64,000 bases of DNA, from assembly GCA_964247055.1 (NCBI GenBank), contig OZ176055.1:2480001-2544000 (forward strand), read 5' to 3'. The translations under genes were made by a program, and so were the position numbers. The notes under the pieces are model-generated. The model worked only from the letters and a program-made list of their open reading frames with translations, searched no databases and was not told the DNA's origin. Of this stretch, positions 51,301 through 64,000 are shown piece after piece; position 1 is the stretch's first letter, and every line of letters begins with the position of its first letter. The DNA comes from Paragordius varius (lineage: Eukaryota; Animalia; Nematomorpha).

Positions 51301-54300
51301 TGATGTCAAACAATGATAAATCATCTATATTTTATTCGTCCAAATCTGAGTTTCAGGTATTAAATTTTAGAAAATCATTTTTATTTTAAATGAAAAGGTG
51401 TTCTCAAATTAACCCTTTTGCAATTCAAATTTACACTCGAACAATTCAAATTTACCATAAAAAACAATTATGCGTTTTCGAACTAATACACCTCATTATT
51501 AATATGAAATATAACATTATGGCATAATTTATTATTTTTTCGGTATTATTTTCATTTTGAACAAAATTTTATTTTTTAAAAATATAATATAGGTAATTTT
51601 TTATTTTAAAAACATATAATTTATTAGAGGGTGAATTTAAAGTGTGTAAGGGTCAATTTGAATTGTAAATGGTATATAGTATCTCAAAATGTATAGAGAA
51701 ATGCTAGGAAAACTCAATTGCTAAATGTTTGCAATTCCATCCTCCTGCATTGTAATGTGCAACATGTAAGACCTTTTGTTAATGCCGAAATCCTTAGTCT
51801 CGATCTCATACCACATGTATGGTACATTATAAATCCTACGAAAAAGGGTGTTCGACAAGTATATAACAGTAATATACAATAAAATACGAAATTATGAAAA
51901 TTTAAAATTAAAAGACAACTTAATTATATATAAAAAACTTTAAGTTTATAACCTTTATGATTAGTATTTTCAACTATATTATATAAAGTGTGTGTTACCA
52001 ATATTTCGATCCCTTATTTTACCATCGCAAACGATAAGTTACATCAATTACATTACAACAAAATAAATGGGGTATAAAATGTAAGCTGTATTTTCAAATA
52101 AATATTTTAATTTTACATTTTTCTTTACAATTTAATTTATATAGATAAAATTTATTGTGTAAATAGATATTATATACCATTTGCACTTCAAGAGTGTCCT
52201 TGACTCTTCAAAATCCTTAAAATTTTTAAGTTGATTAACCATAATTTTTGCATTTAATTTTTTGTTTTATTATTTTTCTCTTTATTAGTTATATATTTAT
52301 TAATTTAAAAACAAAAATATCTATACAAAAACCAATTTTTTATTTCAAACTAATTATACAATTTAACAAAATTATTAACTTTTAAATGTTTTCAATGAAA
52401 AATAAATAATAATCCAGAAACTTATATATTTTTAATTTACGTGTTAAAATTTTATTAATACAAAAATATTTTTTTAAAAAGTAATACAAATACACAGTTT
52501 CTGAATGATTAAAAATGATATAGATCTAAAAGTTTATGTTAAATAAGGAAAATAGGTTAAAAAGGACGAAATAGATGAATGATATACGATTTAATTGATA
52601 AAAATTAAAAACAAAACATGAAGGTCAAAGGTCCAATTTGAAATATTCAAGGACCAACTTAAAGTTTTCAAGGACACTCTTGAAGTGCAAATGGTATATC
52701 GTAAAACATTAAATATAAAGAAAAATATTTTTTTCAAAAGATAACCATTCTTTTAAAACATTAAACAAAATGACTTTTATAAAAAACAATAAGGTTTAAA
52801 ACTGTACAGCGTTCTTTTTTAGAAAAATTAATGTCTTTAAATTTTTACGTTTCGGCCCAATTTTTACCGTATATTATTTTTAGGTTAATTATCAATTGCT
52901 AACACTGGAAGAAAAAAATGTTATTAATCAAACCGCATCTATCATGGTAGATTATGATTTGAATTACGTTAAGCGAAATTACATTGATACAATGTCAGAG
53001 TTGAAAGATTTAAATTTTTCAAACCTACATATAGAACCGTAAAATTTTTGAATTGCATAAATATATATATATATATATATATACAGTAAAAATTGAAATT
53101 ATACGGACAAAATGTACAAATATAAAGACAAATTTTTTTCAAACGACAACCATCCTTTTTTAAACCTTATTTATCCTATAAAAACATTTAATTACAATCG
53201 TAAAATACATAATTGATTGTGTTACCAATTTAAATATCTATATTATACTTTGTAGATAAACAATAAGTTGATATTTATAAAATTAGCACAAAAGAAAATA
53301 ATTAAATCACTTTTTCTTTAAATAATGCGGTTCATGAGACATGTATATTAATAAATGGGATCCTAACGAAACCTAGTGTCCACTATACGTAAAAAGTTAT
53401 ATAAAAAATTTTATCACAGGAAAATATTGGATCTCTTGCTATTTTACGTGCCTGATTCCGAAACGAAGAATACAACAATTTCAAAAAGCGACAATTCTTT
53501 TTACGACGATAATTACATTATAAATGATACAATTAAGCAATGTGAAATACCATACAATCTCAAAATTTTGATTCAACAACAAGTATATTATAGTAATGAT
53601 AGTTTTAAAACAATTTAATTGTAAAATATATGATTCCATCATAACTTTTTAAGATTTTTTTTGAATTAAACACATTATCAACGCATTTAAACACCATCAA
53701 TTGTTAATATCCATGCTCTTTATTTAGTTTAGTTAGAAAAAAATAATTATTTTTGTTAATTATCTTAAATATGCATTCTTTTGCTGGGTTTATGCCTATT
53801 TTTAACTATATCTATCGAGAATACATATAAAATTTGACATTTTAGCCAATATTTTTTTAAAGCATTCATATAATAAAATGTTTATTTGTTAGATCAACAC
53901 ATCTAAAATTCGTAAAATTTGTGTGGACAAGGAAAATAGACAACATGACAAGCAAACTGGGATTACCAAAGCGCTGAACAATTTTACAAAGCCAGCTCAA
54001 AAGTAATAAACCTATTTAAGATATTGTTCAAATTCAAAATTTTAACAAAAAAATGAATTTTAATTATTTTCGATCATATTTTATTTAAAATTATTTCTAT
54101 ACTATAACCTAAATTAATCTAATTCATTAATTATATTTAATTCCAACAGATTGGTTCCGCCACCAAAAACATTGACAGAAATATCAAAGAATATTAACGG
54201 TCAAATACTTCCTCTCGAAAAAAATCGCAAAAAACGAAAGGTTTACAATTTGGGCTAAAAAAATTTAAATTTTGAAAGAATACTTTTTTGATTAGGGTGG

Positions 54301-54860
54301 AATATAGGAGTAAAATTTGTAAAGTAAATATTCATATATAGAACCGCAATTATAAAAGAAAAAACCAACTTTTTATCCTTATTTTTTTGTATATAGCCAA
54401 TATGATTGAAGTTTTAAATACGGAGGGTTAAAGTATGTTGTACTTATTAGATAAGGTATTAAAAAATATAGTTAACTTTTGAGGTCTTTATCAAACTTTA
54501 ACTTTTGCCTTGTATGTTTTCCTATTTTTTTTAACTTGATTGTAAAACGAATAAATTTTTTATCAATTGTTAGAACACATTTGAAAATTATTTCATCAAA
54601 CCCAAAATTTCATCCCACATTAACGAAAACGATGAAGTTGATTCAATGGCATCTAAGATCCATAAAGGTAATTATTTGCCTAAAGTTAAAAGATAAGTAA
54701 ATTTTTATTTTCCAAATATTTTACGTCTCACCAATTATTTTGTTAACAAGGTCAAAATGGGTTTGAAAGGCCAAACATATATTATGTTTACCGTGATGGG
54801 TGCACCAATGCTGTTCGAAGGAATGTCAAAATACAGGAATTTATAAATTTTGATATTTAA
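42310..54860 (+). CDS. CHTF18: Chromosome transmission fidelity protein 18 (RFC-like clamp loader subunit), multi-exon; true start uncertain
   Basis: LWAEKY..YLDLLS|..NRNILQW; Walker [13 protein letters not shown] (43569-43667); Walker [12 protein letters not shown]|SAINYL; RPIICLAND; [10 protein letters not shown]; [12 protein letters not shown]; C-terminal [17 protein letters not shown], ending TAA at 54860. Confidence 0.93.
44977..47272 (-). CDS. Nested antisense orphan gene inside CHTF18 intron 44509-47837 (exons 47272-46801 and 45515-44977, ~336 aa)
   Basis: Two long ORFs (162 and 172 codons) in AT-rich intronic DNA. Donor GCTG|gtaaga (phase 1) and acceptor tgtaag|GT (phase 1) join them in frame. 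N/P/Q-rich N-terminal half, helical middle, basic tail. Confidence 0.6.
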
Positions 54861-55508
54861 TCTTACAAAATAAATTTATATAATTAATTATATATGATCG
54901 ATGAATTTGTATATATATATATATATTTTAATGTGGAGTGGCACATCTTTTATTCAGGCAAAAGTGAAAGAAATTGTTCTCCAAATTATATATTAAATTT
55001 TAAGGAAATTAAATTTTATTAGTGAATAAAAAATTGAATATTTGAGTTATTAGGTCGTGTACATTAGTTAAGTTATATTATGTAGGTTAAATTCAAAAGT
55101 TACCTCTTAATTATCTCTAGCAAAATCATAAAACAGGGCATACTTTAAAAAAAAAATTTATAAATCTGCAGGGATGTCAACCCTTTTTTTCCCGCAGGCT
55201 ACTTTTTAAAGAAAATTTTACGCTAGCACGTATGAATAAGTATTAAAAGATTCATTTATCAATTAATACAAATGATGCAAATATTTATGTATATTTACGG
55301 ATTGCGGTGGGTAGCACAAGCCATTTTAAAATAAATATTTTGAGGAAAAACACGCTAGTAGCAACCTTGGTTCTAAAAGATAGTGCAAATTCCACAATTT
55401 TAAAATATTATTACATATTTGTTTTCAAAATAATGAAATATTTCTAACCATTTCTTTTCTACTGTTATTATTTTTTGTTGTCCATAATTTAAGTTTTTCA
55501 TTATTTAA

Positions 55509-57288
55509 CTAATGATACTCAGACAAAAGATCATTTTCTGAAAGATAACTTTTTGGGAATTTTCGGGAGATGCAGGTGTAATTAAATAATTTATGAACAT
55601 CGCACCAATTTCTGGTTTTAATGTCATCCAATGAAAATGCCATTTTATTGAATTGCACCGTCCAGTCTTCCAAATAATCTTTACAGTTTGTATAAAACAA
55701 TTTTATATGGTGATATCTTGGCGATTTATTAAGCCTTTTTTTCTAAATTATTTTGCGGATGGTTAATGGTATAAAATTATTTTACCTTTCCTGACATCAG
55801 GTTACTAACTTCATGGCTACTTCGATTGCCGAAATTTTGTCACCTTTTATAAATTTAATAACATTTTGAAAGAGAGAAGCTTGATTATGTAGGAACTCTA
55901 ACCATATTTTTGATGAATCACTTTCAAAAAACTTTTCAGTTGTAGGACATTTGTCCTGTGATAAAAAATAGGATTTTAAAGGATCATACATTTTTAAAAT
56001 TCTTTCGATTGGCAGAAGAGTTAACCAACAAGTTTTACAATATCTAAGCATTTTTTGATATGAACTTCTGCATTTTTACAAAATTCCTTAAGCGTTTCAA
56101 CGCCTACCATGTATATATAAAAATAGGAATACATTTTAACAACTATATTTTCCACATCTAGGGGTAACAACAGCTGTTTAAATAGCGCTGTGTATTATAT
56201 GCCCTGCGCACCCAACGCCAATAATGTTTTGATTAAGATTATCTGCTAATTTGTAAAAAATATTTTTTATTCCCCTCCTTGCATTTCCACCGAAGTTCGT
56301 ATTGGTGTTGTCAGCGCAATATGCGATGATTTGTCTTTTAAATTTTTTTTCTAGAAAATTCATTATTGAAGTATGTCGGAATTTTTACCGGGTACAGAAA
56401 TAAAAAAAAATTAATTTTTACTCCGGTTTCTGGATCAAAATATCTTATTAAAGTAATAATTTTGTTTCTTTGGATGCATCAGAGTATAGCGATATGAAAT
56501 TAATTTTCAGAAAATCTTTTTGTATTTCAGAAAATGCATGTGGCGAAAGGACTTTTATACAATAGCTTCAGCCTTTGTACGGGCACATGTTAATTTTTTA
56601 TCGGATAAGGTACGAATCCTGTGAGGTACAATCCATAGATCTAAAGGACTGATTGTGATTAACGGCGTGAAAAGATAAAACGCCTTCGGCTAGTGCCGAA
56701 TTCTGTTCTCATCTCCAAAAGCGATTTTTAGATAAAATCGCTCATTTTGTGAGATGATGCCGCCATATCTTAACATTTTTTATGTTTCTGTGTTTCCATA
56801 TGTTTTGTAATATCATGCTTCCCGCCATGTGCTAGGGTGAATTCCCCCTCGCATAAAGAACATTTAACAAATGATTAATTCTTCGCGTTTTGGATAAAAG
56901 GAAGTTCTTTCATTAATTCATCGTTGAATTCACAACCTTTTTTTGTACTCATATTTTAAACTAATAGTAGTATAAAAAAATATATTATCTTAATTTTCGT
57001 AAACGTATAAGCTACCGATTTGTGGTAATGTCGGCAGTAAGAATAGAAGCAAAGTGTATGATCAATCGTTATAAATTCGAAAAAAATAAATACTTTTAGT
57101 TTGAAAATAAAAAATTTTAATTTAAAAGATAGATTTTAAAAATAATGATAAAAAAGATTAAAAAATAAATTTTTTATAAAAATATAATGTATTTTAAATT
57201 TTTTTTTTATCATGAAAAAGCGGGACATTTCAAAAACGTAGCGAGACGCGGGACAAAGTGTGAAAAAGCGGGACGTCTGGTCAGCCTA
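55509..57288 (-). mobile_element. hAT (Blackjack-like) transposon with degraded transposase (55509-56952)
   Basis: 5' TIR TAGGCTGACCAGACGTCCCG with repeated GTCCCG subterminal motifs; BED finger CSLCEGEFTLAHGGKHDITKHMETQKH; ADNTNTNFGG; GVGCAGHIIH; KTCWLTL..ERIL..YDPLKSYF. Multiple stops and frameshifts; no 3' TIR found. Confidence 0.88.
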
Positions 57289-57353
57289 GTTATATGTCAA
57301 AATTAACATTGAATTTTTGACCCTAAATTCGACACAACTATTTGTTTGCGCAA

Positions 57354-57388
<35 letters not shown>

Positions 57389-57920
57389 TTATATATAAAT
57401 GTAACAGTACATGAGTGTATAACCTTATATATATTATAGATATGTATATAGTTTATATAATGTGTAGACTGTATAATTTGGAATTTAATTAAATATAGCC
57501 TTAAGTCAACATTTTTTTCATTTAAAAATGTGTAAATATACCAGCAGCGTATGTAAAAAACAACCAAAATTGAAATTAAACATTTTCCCCTATGTTATTA
57601 ACATTAATTTTGTTTATTTAATTATGGACTAACATTATATTATACCATACGCGACTGTGCCATTTAACCCTTCGCAATCAATGTACATTTGTTACATCAT
57701 TATATTATCACGAGCAAGCTAATGAAACATCAATATTTTTAATCAAAAAATCATGTTCTATATATTTTAATTTTAGCAAATTTGGTTAATATGAATTGTT
57801 TTTTTATGGAATTTATCATTACAATGAATTTGTAATTATTATTTATAATGGAGATTCGATTAATAGCGTTTATTATAAAAAGTGTAAAGTAGTATAAAAA
57901 AGAGATTTTTCCCCAGAAAT

Positions 57921-59016
57921 ATGAAAAAAATCAACCCTTCCGATGACTCAGAAAGTCATGTGGCCTTAGCCAAAAATATAACGTTAATCAATGGTATAAA
58001 TATCATTGTGGGAAGTATAATTGGTTCAGGGATTTTTATAACACCCTCTTTTTGTATTCGATATGCCGGAAGTGTGGGAGGATCCATTCTTATTTGGCTA
58101 CTTTCGGGCTGCTTAGTTTTGTTTGGAGCTTTGAGTTTTGCGGAATTGGGTATATATTATCTAAAAAAATTGTTTTGTTATAATTGCGCTTCTTTTGTTA
58201 ACTAAAAATTTTGTAGAAAAATACTATGAGGAAGTAATATAATATTGGCCTAAAATATAAAAATCCCAACATATAAATATTTATGGCCTAATGGCAGGAG
58301 TGTTTAACATAGGGCCGTGCTAGGCTTTATGTTCAGCTCGCTAAGAACTTGGGAAAATTTGCAAAATATCTCTACAGTTACTTAAACTACTGATATTTGT
58401 CAAATGATGTTTCTGAATGATCAACCTCTCCAATTGGAAAGTACTGAGCCAAAAATGTTAAATTATGTAAACATCTTACAGATGTTTTAAATCTTATAAA
58501 CTATTAATGAATGCCAATATATATTTCAAATGCGCCCCAGGTTCTTGAGTCGAAAACGGCCGCGAAGCCATTTTTTGGACATCACTGCCTTATGGGGCCT
58601 TTATATCCGCTAACCATGTTTTTAATAAAACTAAACAATAGACATTGACATAGTTTTTTAAAAATAGCTTTAATAAAATATTTATGTTTTATTGCATAAT
58701 ATTGTAATTTAATTTTTAGGTACTACTATACCACAAAGTGGAGGAGAATACACGTATATACGGGTAGCTTTTGGCCCCTTTTTGGCTTTCCTATGCCTTT
58801 GGGTAAATATTCTTGTGGTACGACCGGTTCTTATAGCTATAACCCTCATAAGTTTTGGTGAATATATTTTTTCCCCATTTTTTACTTCCAACGCCATGTT
58901 GGGCCCGTCAAATATAATGGCAACAAGTGCAAATGAGCTTATAACACAAAATGCAAGTTATAGTATGGTAATACGGATTGCTCCTTTCCTAGGATTGTGT
59001 ATGATATTCTAAATTA

Positions 59017-59063
<47 letters not shown>

Positions 59064-62000
59064 TCCTAAATCAAAATCTCGAATTTCATAGATATATTTT
59101 GATTATTATCCAATTTTTTGAATATATTTTATCTAATTAATCTTTTTATATGCAAATAGTATTCCTAGTCGCTATAAATTGTTACAATGTAAAATGGGCC
59201 ACGAAACTCCAAGATGCCCTTACGGTTGCAAAGGTATTAGCCTTGATTGGGATTATCGTGATTGGATTCATACGAATTTTTCAGGGTTAATGTTTACTTT
59301 AATATATTTTAAAAACTTTACTTAAAACGAAAATAAAATTTTATTCATAGGCCATACCATGAGTTTCAAAAATCCGTTTGCTGATACGAATGATGTTAGA
59401 AAAATTTCTTTAGCATTTTACTCGGGACTCTTTTCATATGGCGGATGGTATAGTATTAATGGATAATTTAAAAAAATATATAATTAATTTTAAGAAAAAA
59501 AATATTATAAATTATATTTCGTTAGGAATTTTCTCAACATAATAACTGGCGAAATGAAAAATCCAAACAGGTAAGGTATCATTATTATATATTTTTTCGT
59601 TAAATTTAAAAGTAAAATAATTACAAAAAAATATATTTAATTGTCAAACATTGATAATGATATTTCGTCGCAAAAATTTTCCAAATTAATAAGTTAAAAA
59701 AATCAAAATTAATAAATAGATTTTAAAATCTTACCTATTTTCTGTATTAAAGGGTCAAAAATACTAATATATATATTTTTATTTAAACCTTTAGAGACTT
59801 ACCACTCTCTATTATCATTGGGATACCGATAGTAACCCTAATATACGTCCTGACAAACATAGCATATTTGGCCGTTTTAAGTCCCACTCAAATGAAACAA
59901 TCTACTATTGTCGCTTTCGTAAACATTTTATTGATATAATATTAACAATATAACTTATACACTTTAATTTACCCTTGAACAATAAAAATAAACCCTAAAT
60001 TATGTGTTTTTTAAGATTTAAAATTACCTTTATTTTTTAAATTTTTAAAAAAGTGAAATTTTTTTAAATTAAAATAGTGAAAAATTAATTAACTATGTCA
60101 TAAAGATATATTTCATATTAATTTAAAGTTATATTAGCCGGAAAATCATAATTTATATTTAGGGTGAATTTAATTTGTTCAAGGGTGATTCGGATTGTTT
60201 GAGGGTGAGTTTGAATAAATGGTATATATTATTAAATGGGGCATTTGTTAAAAAAATTGCCCCGTAGTTAGTGGTTTATATTCGTCAAAAACTATTAAAA
60301 TTTAATTTTCTATATATTTATTTATACGTAAGGATTTTGCAATCAATATAAGTCCATATTTGGCTTACATCATGCCTGTTTTAGCAGCTCTCTCAGCATT
60401 CGGATCGGCTAATGCCATACTTTTTACCAGCGGAAGGTATTAATAATTTATGTTTAGTGATTTAAAATTATATATTAGTTTATATACAAATTTTAATAGG
60501 TTTAGTTTTCAAAACTATCTTTTTTTAACGATTTTGAGTCGGCTGACATATTAAGGTCATTCCCGACAATGAATGCATTATATATATGTTAAAAATGATC
60601 ATGTTTATAGTTTAAAGGATTTTTTTGTCGCCCATAAATGATTTTGGTGTTTCTTTATATATTAAATTTTTTTTTAACAATTTTACGATAACTTTAAAAC
60701 AATATATGAATAAGGTAAGTTTACAAAATGGGATTGAAGCAAATTAGTACTAATTTCGATTCTTCAATGTGTTATTATGATAATAATTAATTTAATTATG
60801 TATGGCATGTTTGGTTTTAGAATTTTTTACATTGGGGCACAAAATGGACATTTGCCACGGAGTATTGCAATGATCAATGTAAAATATTTGACGCCGATAC
60901 CTGCTATTCTTTCACTGGTAATTAATAAATTAATTTTAAGCTTTATTAAAAGTTATATTACATAAATTACATTTTAATATCTTCAATCATGCATACAGGG
61001 ATTCATTGCAATGTTTTATATGACGGGCATAAACATTGATACACTCATTAAGTTTATGAGCTTTATTTTTTACACCTTCACCGCAATATGTATCCTTGCT
61101 CTTTTTTACCTGCGCTGGAAAAGACCTGATATCCCAAGACCCATCAAAGTGAGCACAATTAACCCATACAAGTTTAATTAAATATTACAGTGAAGATTGT
61201 TATTATGCAGATAAAAAACTAAAACACAATTTTTTCAAAAAGTTTATACCCTAAACCAGGGGTGTCCAAAACAAAAGGCTCTGCCGGCCGCATTTTTTAA
61301 TCAAAAAATAAAATATTTTACTATATTTTAAACGTAGGACTGTAAAATCCTTAATATATTTTAACATTTTTTGCTAGTTCATTGCCAAAATTTGGGATGA
61401 TTTATTCAAAAAAATTGTTAAAAAATCAATTTTACTTAAAAATCCTAAAATTTTGTAATTAAAATTTCTCACGGGTTGCAGAAATAGTTTGGAGGGCCGC
61501 GTGTTGGACATTCCTGCCCTAACTATACATAATTTTTTATAATAACTTATCGTTTGGGTTGTAAAATAAGAAATAGAGTTGTATATTGATAACACAGTTA
61601 TATAATTTATAACAGTCGTAACCACCAAAAAAATATAAAAGGCCACAACAATATCCTTCTTGAAGAATATAAATTATTTTCGACACGTGAATAGTATATA
61701 AAAAATATGACAATTTATTTAAAACGTGTCATAGAATAAATAAAATGTCCCAAACCGTTCGCGAATTTTATTTATTCTATGACACGTTTTAAATAAATTG
61801 TAATATCTTTCTTGTCTCAAGGGCCATAATACCGATAAAAATTTCATTGCTGATTGGCCTTTTTGCAGATGGTTATACTCAAAGTATACTAAAAAATTAT
61901 AAATATTTTAGAGCCATATAAAAGCCTAGAATGCGGCCTGGGGGTTTGAGTATCACTGATCTAAAATGTATCATGTATGAATAATAAGGGTTTAAAAATA

Positions 62001-62539
62001 TGGTTATCTTTTTTAAAAAAATATCTGTCAATTATTTTTTCGTTTTGTCTATATATAAATCAATCTTTACTGTATATTTGATGATGGAGATTTCTCAACA
62101 TTATACATTAAAATAAAATCCTATTCTGCCATTGAAAAGTTACACATTACTAATAAAATATTTATTTTAGTTCAATCCAATGGTTCATCTGGTATTCCTG
62201 TTTCCTTCTGCCTTTATACTGATCACATCCCTTGTATCAGATTATCGAGATATAGCGTTAGGGCTAATCATATTGTTGATTGGTAATTATTGAAATTAAA
62301 AACAATATTTTTAAACATTAATATTGATTTTATTTTTGAGTTGAGATAAAAAATTTAAAATTATGGGATTGATATTATAATTTAAGAGAACAATTTTAAA
62401 TTTAAATACCAATTTTATTAAAACCACAATAATTAAGCTTCAAACATTTTCACAGGTATCCCAGTATATATGTTGTTTATCAAACCGTCGACATCTAAAA
62501 AGTGTTGTTTTCGAGGCAAATCCTGCCAAAGTAGTTCAG
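57921..62539 (+). CDS. SLC7 (LAT / y+LAT / b0,+AT-type) amino-acid transporter light chain; final exon uncertain (possibly ~63241)
   Basis: IVGSIIGSGIFITP; GALSFAELG|TTIPQSGGEYTYI; FYSGLFSYGGW|NFLN.ITGEMKNPN|RDLP; AFGSAN; AQNGHLP; TPIPA; LRWKRPDIPRPIK; G|IPVY. Phase-consistent GT-AG introns. Confidence 0.95.
61257..61516. mobile_element. hAT-type MITE (CAGGGGTGTCCAA ends); related gggccgca-bearing fragments near 17660, 30565, 41640-41890, 58290 and 61900
   Basis: TIR caggggtgtccaa / ttggacattcctg; 8-bp flanks ccctaaac/ccctaact. Confidence 0.7.
61710..61801. repeat. Perfect 37-bp inverted repeat with an 18-nt loop, in an SLC7 intron
   Basis: acaatttatttaaaacgtgtcatagaataaataaaat and its exact reverse complement at 61765-61801. 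Confidence 0.9.
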
Positions 62540-64000
62540 GTATATTTTTAATAATATATTTATTTGCAACAATTATTTTAGAGATTAAATTATTTTAAAA
62601 TGGTAATTCTCGCCTTTAATATAACAATTACATTTTTTTGACATTATGTACTTAAATTTAAAAAATGAAATTGTTAATTAAAACAATTAAACAATGTGAA
62701 TAGTGTCCTTTAGATATTGATTTATATTAATTGTTAAAAAAAGCTTAATGGCAAATTTAAATAAAGTGTTATTGACTTATGTATAACATTGTCAAAGGAA
62801 TTTTTAACAAAATATTTTTTTTCGATATTGCTTATGACCAGCGAATTCATTTGCCGTAAAAATATGTATTTGATTACGACCTAGTTTTTATAATATTGAG
62901 ATAAAATCTTGAGCAAAAAGTGAAAATCAAGCACAATTGGATATAATTCAATTAATAATTAAAAAACTTGAGATATTATGGCTTATTATCATTTTAGCAA
63001 TAGCCTAAAATCATATAGTTAAGGTTTTTATAAAAACTCGGTTCAAAACATCGCGTTTTACTTTTAACCTACTTAAAAGACAAAAAAAATTTTATGAAAC
63101 CATAAAACAATTTTTTAATTATAGCTAAACTCACTATTAAAATTAACATTCATATTATATGTAGTATAAAAACCAAAAATTATTTTCATGTTTTGTCATC
63201 TTGTTTATGAGTGTATTTAAAATTTACTGTTTTATTTTAGAGTCTTAAATGAGCGAGATAAATTAAATAAATTGATACAAAATAAGAACTACAATAGTGA
63301 AAAACCCAAAATCCGTATATATCCTAGAAAAATATTAATTTGTTAAAACCAACCTGTTACAGGTATTTGTATGGATTGTTGGTTGTTCTATTTTAATTTT
63401 ATTTTGCATAGTATATACATTTTCCCGCTCATATAAGATTAAAAAAACAGTATAAATTTACACTCATAAACCAAATGAAAAAAATAAATAGATAAAAAAA
63501 TATTTTTGATATATATTTTTACTGAATAAAATATTAATTTTAGTAATTTAATAGTGGGTTTAGCTAGTAATAATTAAAGAAAATATTTTAATACAATTTC
63601 ATAGAAAAATTTTGTCTTTTAAATATGTTAAAAGAAAAAGATTTTTTCATCTAATTCAATAAAAACCATAACTATATGATTTTAGGCTAATTATATATTT
63701 AAAATATCTCCTTGAATTACATAATATCTCAAGTTTTTCTCATTATTTTGTGAATTAACCTTAATTTTCACTTGCCCAATTTTGATTATCTCATAATATT
63801 GAACTAAATCGTCAACAAATAAAATATTTTGCGGCAAATGAATTCGCTTGTCATAAGCTATCTCATGAAAAAAATATTTTTGTTAAAAAAATAAACCCTT
63901 TTGCACACAGTGTAATATTTGTTTAAGTTTATAATTAATGTATTTATTATTAATTAATTTTAGAAAGTTTGACAATCTTTTTGCAAAAATTGCTAATGAT

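Overview
Very AT-rich eukaryotic DNA, standard genetic code, with GT-AG spliceosomal introns. It is most likely an animal with divergent proteins; a reduced parasite such as a myxozoan, dicyemid or orthonectid is an inference from the 22-26 nt introns, not something shown. Genes recovered by manual splicing: the 3' end of MsrB; a secreted, apparently catalytically dead M13/neprilysin-like gene (low confidence); an unknown small gene; an EHBP1-like NT-C2 gene with a triplicated exon; a SMYD (SET+MYND) methyltransferase head-to-head with a NOPCHAP1-like gene; CHTF18 with a nested antisense orphan gene; and an SLC7 amino-acid transporter. Mobile DNA is abundant: a Mag-like Ty3/Gypsy element, a degenerate Chapaev3-like foldback, a hAT transposase pseudogene, a non-autonomous Helitron family carrying a ~155-bp satellite, and several MITE families. 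The most unusual item is the Gypsy element. It is bounded by a perfect 5-bp TSD, but its two LTR slots are not direct repeats: the 3' slot is a 339-bp foldback, so the element ends in 31-bp inverted termini. No rRNA, tRNA or CRISPR was seen. Several frameshifts fall in homopolymer runs and may be sequencing errors. All gene models and family assignments come from reading by eye and recalled motifs; no database search was run.
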